The position numbers were made by a program, and so were the translations under genes. The notes below the pieces were generated by a model that did no database searches, was not told the DNA's origin, and saw only the letters and a list, made by a program, of their open reading frames with translations. Of a DNA stretch of 64,000 nt, positions 57,016 through 64,000 are shown in pieces. Location: positions 6,710 to 70,709 of the forward strand of contig JBAZQS010000003.1 of NCBI GenBank assembly GCA_041645075.1, read 5' to 3'. The first letter of the stretch is position 1, and each line of letters starts with the position of its first letter. Source of the DNA: Patescibacteria group bacterium (lineage in GTDB: Bacteria; Patescibacteriota; Patescibacteriia; 2-01-FULL-39-33).

Positions 57016-57540
57016 TTACTTCGCCACCTTCACCCTCGCCGGCATAATCACTTTGCCGCCAAGCATATAGCCCGGCTGGACCTCTTCAAAAATCAGGTCC
57101 GCCTCAAAGCCCTCTTTTTCTTTATGGACTATGGCTTCATGCAAATTATGGTCAAATTTTTCGCCGACCGTCTTTATTTCCTTAATGTCGTATTTTTTAA
57201 GTAATTCCTGAAATTGTTTTTGAATATGCTTAAGGCCGATAACCCAGTCCAAATTCTGCTGGTCTTCGGGAATATGCTTCAAGGCCAATTTAAAGTGGCT
57301 GTATATCGGCAACAATTCGGAGATGAAAGCCGCATTGGCAAATTCTATAATATCTTTTTGCCGCTTTTCTATTTCCTTTTTAAAATTGGCATAATCGGCC
57401 TGCGCCCTTTGCCAGCCCGCCAAATTTTCCGTGGCCTCTTGCTTAGCTTCAAGTAGTTTTGTTTGCGCCTCGGTCAATTCTTCTACAACCGACGTTAAAT
57501 CATGGCCGTTATCATTAATTTTTAATTGCTCTTTGTCCAT
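57016..57540 (-). CDS. grpE: Nucleotide exchange factor GrpE
   Basis: Coiled-coil N-terminus, C-terminal beta domain. Operon position hrcA-grpE-dnaK-dnaJ. Confidence 0.85.
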   Translation of the reverse strand: MDKEQLKINDNGHDLTSVVEELTEAQTKLLEAKQEATENLAGWQRAQADYANFKKEIEKRQKDIIEFANAAFISELLPIYSHFKLALKHIPEDQQNLDWVIGLKHIQKQFQELLKKYDIKEIKTVGEKFDHNLHEAIVHKEKEGFEADLIFEEVQPGYMLGGKVIMPARVKVAK

Positions 57541-57563
57541 TCTTTAAAAATTATTTATTATGC

Positions 57564-58262
57564 TTATAAATTTTCCAATAATTTTTGCGCGTATTTAATC
57601 AAGCCGATATTTTCTTGGTAATCCATCCGGTTCGGACCGAAAATTCCAACCAAGCCGTAATTTTTTCCGGCTTTATATTTAACTAAGATAACGGAAGACC
57701 CGTTACCAAACGGATTATCGTCGCCCATTAAAATTTGAATATTATTATCTATTTGATGGAAAATCTTGGCTATGGCCTCGTCCAAATGGTCAATAATTTC
57801 TGACATAGAATATACTACCTGATGCTCAATAAATTCCGGTTGCCTGAATAAATTAGAAATTCCCGTATAATACACGTCGGTGGGCGCAAAGCCGATTAAA
57901 ACCGCTTCTTCGGACAACTCGGCTAAAAGCTTGGCCAACAATTTAATGCTCTCGCTATCTAATTTTATTTTTTTAGATAAAGAATCAAAAATCTTTTTAT
58001 TCTTTGCCGTGATGTCGCCGTCAGAAACAAATTTTTCCACATAATACTGATATCCGGCCAGGGTCGGCACTCGGCCCGCCGAGGTATGGGGCTGATAAAT
58101 CAAGCCCCGCTCTTCCAATTCAACCATATAATTTCTGATGGTGGCTGAACTTAATTCGGGAAAATATTTTTCCACCATCAAATTAGAGCCCACTGGGCTA
58201 ACCGAATCAATATATTCCTCAACGATAATCTTTAATAAATTGTCGTTTTTATTATCGGTCAT
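57564..58262 (-). CDS. hrcA: Heat-inducible transcription repressor HrcA (short form, 232 aa)
   Basis: Winged-helix N-terminus, SNLMVEKYFPELSSATIRNYMVELEERGLIYQPHTSAGRVPT. CIRCE lies upstream. Confidence 0.8.
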   Translation of the reverse strand: MTDNKNDNLLKIIVEEYIDSVSPVGSNLMVEKYFPELSSATIRNYMVELEERGLIYQPHTSAGRVPTLAGYQYYVEKFVSDGDITAKNKKIFDSLSKKIKLDSESIKLLAKLLAELSEEAVLIGFAPTDVYYTGISNLFRQPEFIEHQVVYSMSEIIDHLDEAIAKIFHQIDNNIQILMGDDNPFGNGSSVILVKYKAGKNYGLVGIFGPNRMDYQENIGLIKYAQKLLENL

Positions 58263-58289
58263 TGGGAAAATTTGGACCGTTTTTTATTA

Positions 58290-58316
58290 TTAGCACTCTC
58301 TATATCAGAGTGCTAA
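58290..58316. promoter_or_regulatory. CIRCE operator (TTAGCACTC-N9-GAGTGCTAA), perfect consensus
   Basis: ttagcactctctatatcagagtgctaa read directly, 28 nt upstream of the hrcA start. Confidence 0.9.
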
Positions 58317-58430
58317 ATATAATATATCTTATTATTAAATGGGTTGTCAAGCCCGCCAACCAGCCATCGGATATTTTAATAATTTATTAAATTTGGTATA
58401 ATAAATGCATTAAAAATAAAACTCATTCAT

Positions 58431-58922
58431 ATGCGATTAAAATTCTGCATTATTGCCCTACTAATTATCGTATCTTTGGCGACTCTTGCTGGTGTGGCCA
58501 ACGCCGACACGGGCATAGTGAATGCGAAAAGCGAAGCGGGGAAAGCGGCAGCCGGCACGCCTCTCGCCAACGCCAAAATCGCAGACCTGCCGGTTTTGGT
58601 GGGCACGATTTTTCAGGTTGTTTTGGCTATGGTCGGCGTCTTATTTGTCATACTGGTGATTTGGGGCGGCATCTCCTGGATGCTGGCCAGTGGCGACAGC
58701 GCTAAAATCACTAAAGCCAAGGGCCTGCTCATGGCCGCGGCCATCGGACTGATTATCACCATGATTTCCTATACGATTACCATATTTGTCTTGGAAGGTG
58801 TCGGCGTCGTCCAAACCAAGGGAACGGGCACAGAAAAAGACACGCAAAACAGACCATCAGACAATATAATAGACCCAAATCGGCCAGATAATCCGGCGGA
58901 TGATTGGACTCTTTATCCCTAA
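58431..58922 (+). CDS. Secreted two-TM small protein, TrbC/VirB2-pilin-like topology (tentative)
   Basis: Signal peptide ending ANA, then two hydrophobic helices separated by a short loop, and a hydrophilic C-tail. Confidence 0.3.
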   Translation: MRLKFCIIALLIIVSLATLAGVANADTGIVNAKSEAGKAAAGTPLANAKIADLPVLVGTIFQVVLAMVGVLFVILVIWGGISWMLASGDSAKITKAKGLLMAAAIGLIITMISYTITIFVLEGVGVVQTKGTGTEKDTQNRPSDNIIDPNRPDNPADDWTLYP

Positions 58923-58941
58923 TTAAAATTTGGGATTTATC

Positions 58942-58978
58942 CAGCCCCGCCCCGACATTACGTCGGGGCGGGGCTGGA
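58942..58978. terminator. Hairpin ccagccccgccccgacattacgtcggggcggggctgg (CCCCGAC family)
   Basis: Read directly. Follows the stop at 58922. Confidence 0.6.
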
Positions 58979-58997
58979 TTTATCTTAAAAACCCGCT

Positions 58998-63417
<4,420 letters not shown>

Positions 63418-63418
<1 letters not shown>

Positions 63419-63594
63419 AGATGGTTACAAAACTATTCCGGCTCTAAATTTGCTATTTTTGGCCGAGGCTTCGTCAGGCGGGGCGAAATGATTTTCACCG
63501 TAATTCTATTACGCCTCAAATCATTTCGCTGGCCTTCCTCGCCTCGCCCCAAAATATCTAAATTTCGCCACGAAATAATTTTGTAACCATCTCA
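63418..63594. mobile_element. MITE-like element, copy 3, overlapping the last base of the gyrB stop
   Basis: GAGATGGTTACAAAACTAT at 63418, ATAATTTTGTAACCATCTC at 63576-63594. Internal architecture similar to copies 1 and 2. Confidence 0.6.
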
Positions 63595-63610
63595 TAAAAC
63601 GCCAACCAAA

Positions 63611-63649
63611 AATACCCCCGCCCCGACGTTACGTCGGGGCGGGGGTATT
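63611..63649. terminator. Bidirectional terminator hairpin cccccgccccgacgttacgtcggggcggggg
   Basis: CCCCGAC family, flanked by A- and T-runs. Lies between gyrB and greA (convergent). Confidence 0.65.
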
Positions 63650-63667
63650 TTATTATTCTATTTTATT

Positions 63668-64000
63668 CTATTCAATTTTATGAATTTTACATTTGAACTT
63701 GCCGGCGGGAATAATCAATTCAAATTCATCACCTACGGTCTTGCCGATAAAGGCCCGCCCCAACGGCGACTCATGCGAAATTTTGCCGTTGACGGGATCG
63801 GCTTCGCTGTGGCCCACAATCGTATATTTTACTTTTGAACCGTCATGGCAGGTGGCGTGCACCGTAGAACCAATGCCCACAATATTGGATTTGCTATTTT
63901 TAACAATCACCGCGTTTTTTATTAAATTCTCTAACTCCTGTATCCGGCCCTCAATAAAACCCTGCTCTTCCCTGGCCTCATGATATTCGGCATTTTCTGA
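63668..64000 (-). CDS. greA: Transcription elongation factor GreA (5' partial; continues beyond the window end)
   Basis: Manual extension of the frame upstream of the 63910 GTG: ...AEYHEAREEQGFIEGRIQELENLIKNAVIV... then C-terminal FKBP-like domain GHSEADPVNGKISHESPLGRAFIGKTVGDEFELIIPAG. Confidence 0.8.
   Translation of the reverse strand, partial: SENAEYHEAREEQGFIEGRIQELENLIKNAVIVKNSKSNIVGIGSTVHATCHDGSKVKYTIVGHSEADPVNGKISHESPLGRAFIGKTVGDEFELIIPAGKFKCKIHKIE

Overview
This is a low-GC bacterial fragment that looks like Candidate Phyla Radiation/Patescibacteria (an inference from the gene content, the many small secreted proteins and the intergenic architecture), read in the standard genetic code; TGA is used as a stop, for example in the 9024..10715 gene. 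Most housekeeping genes are on the minus strand: mnmA, secDF, gap, tsf-rpsB, rplY, an ftsW plus MacAB-like efflux operon, and hrcA-grpE-dnaK-dnaJ with a perfect CIRCE element. A plus-strand block holds rpmE-prfA-(GT2)-prmC and gyrB, and gyrB carries a 430-aa HNH intein. The accessory content is the unusual part. It includes:
- a signal peptidase I SipW gene next to three TasA/camelysin-like substrates, one with a lamin-tail domain;
- a cohesin-like/dockerin gene trio;
- a four-helix-bundle (23S rRNA-IVS/Avd-like) gene lying between 32-bp inverted repeats;
- a ~6-kb GC-elevated cassette of large beta-helix 'tail-fibre-like' proteins bounded by two copies of a palindromic element, followed by tatC and three tandem tatA copies;
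- a tRNA-Glu gene nested between two tRNA half-fragments that are themselves complementary, next to a GIY-YIG nuclease gene;
- a ~180-bp MITE-like element family with 19-bp terminal inverted repeats (3 full and 3 partial copies, all at gene 3' ends);
- several short GC-rich hairpin repeat families that serve as terminators and are also inserted in-frame into mnmA, dnaK and gyrB, reminiscent of Rickettsia palindromic elements (RPE).
There is also a ~1-kb compositionally foreign ORF between rpsB and rpmE, a SecD with an embedded PrsA-like parvulin domain, and a 630-bp structured non-coding spacer I could not identify.
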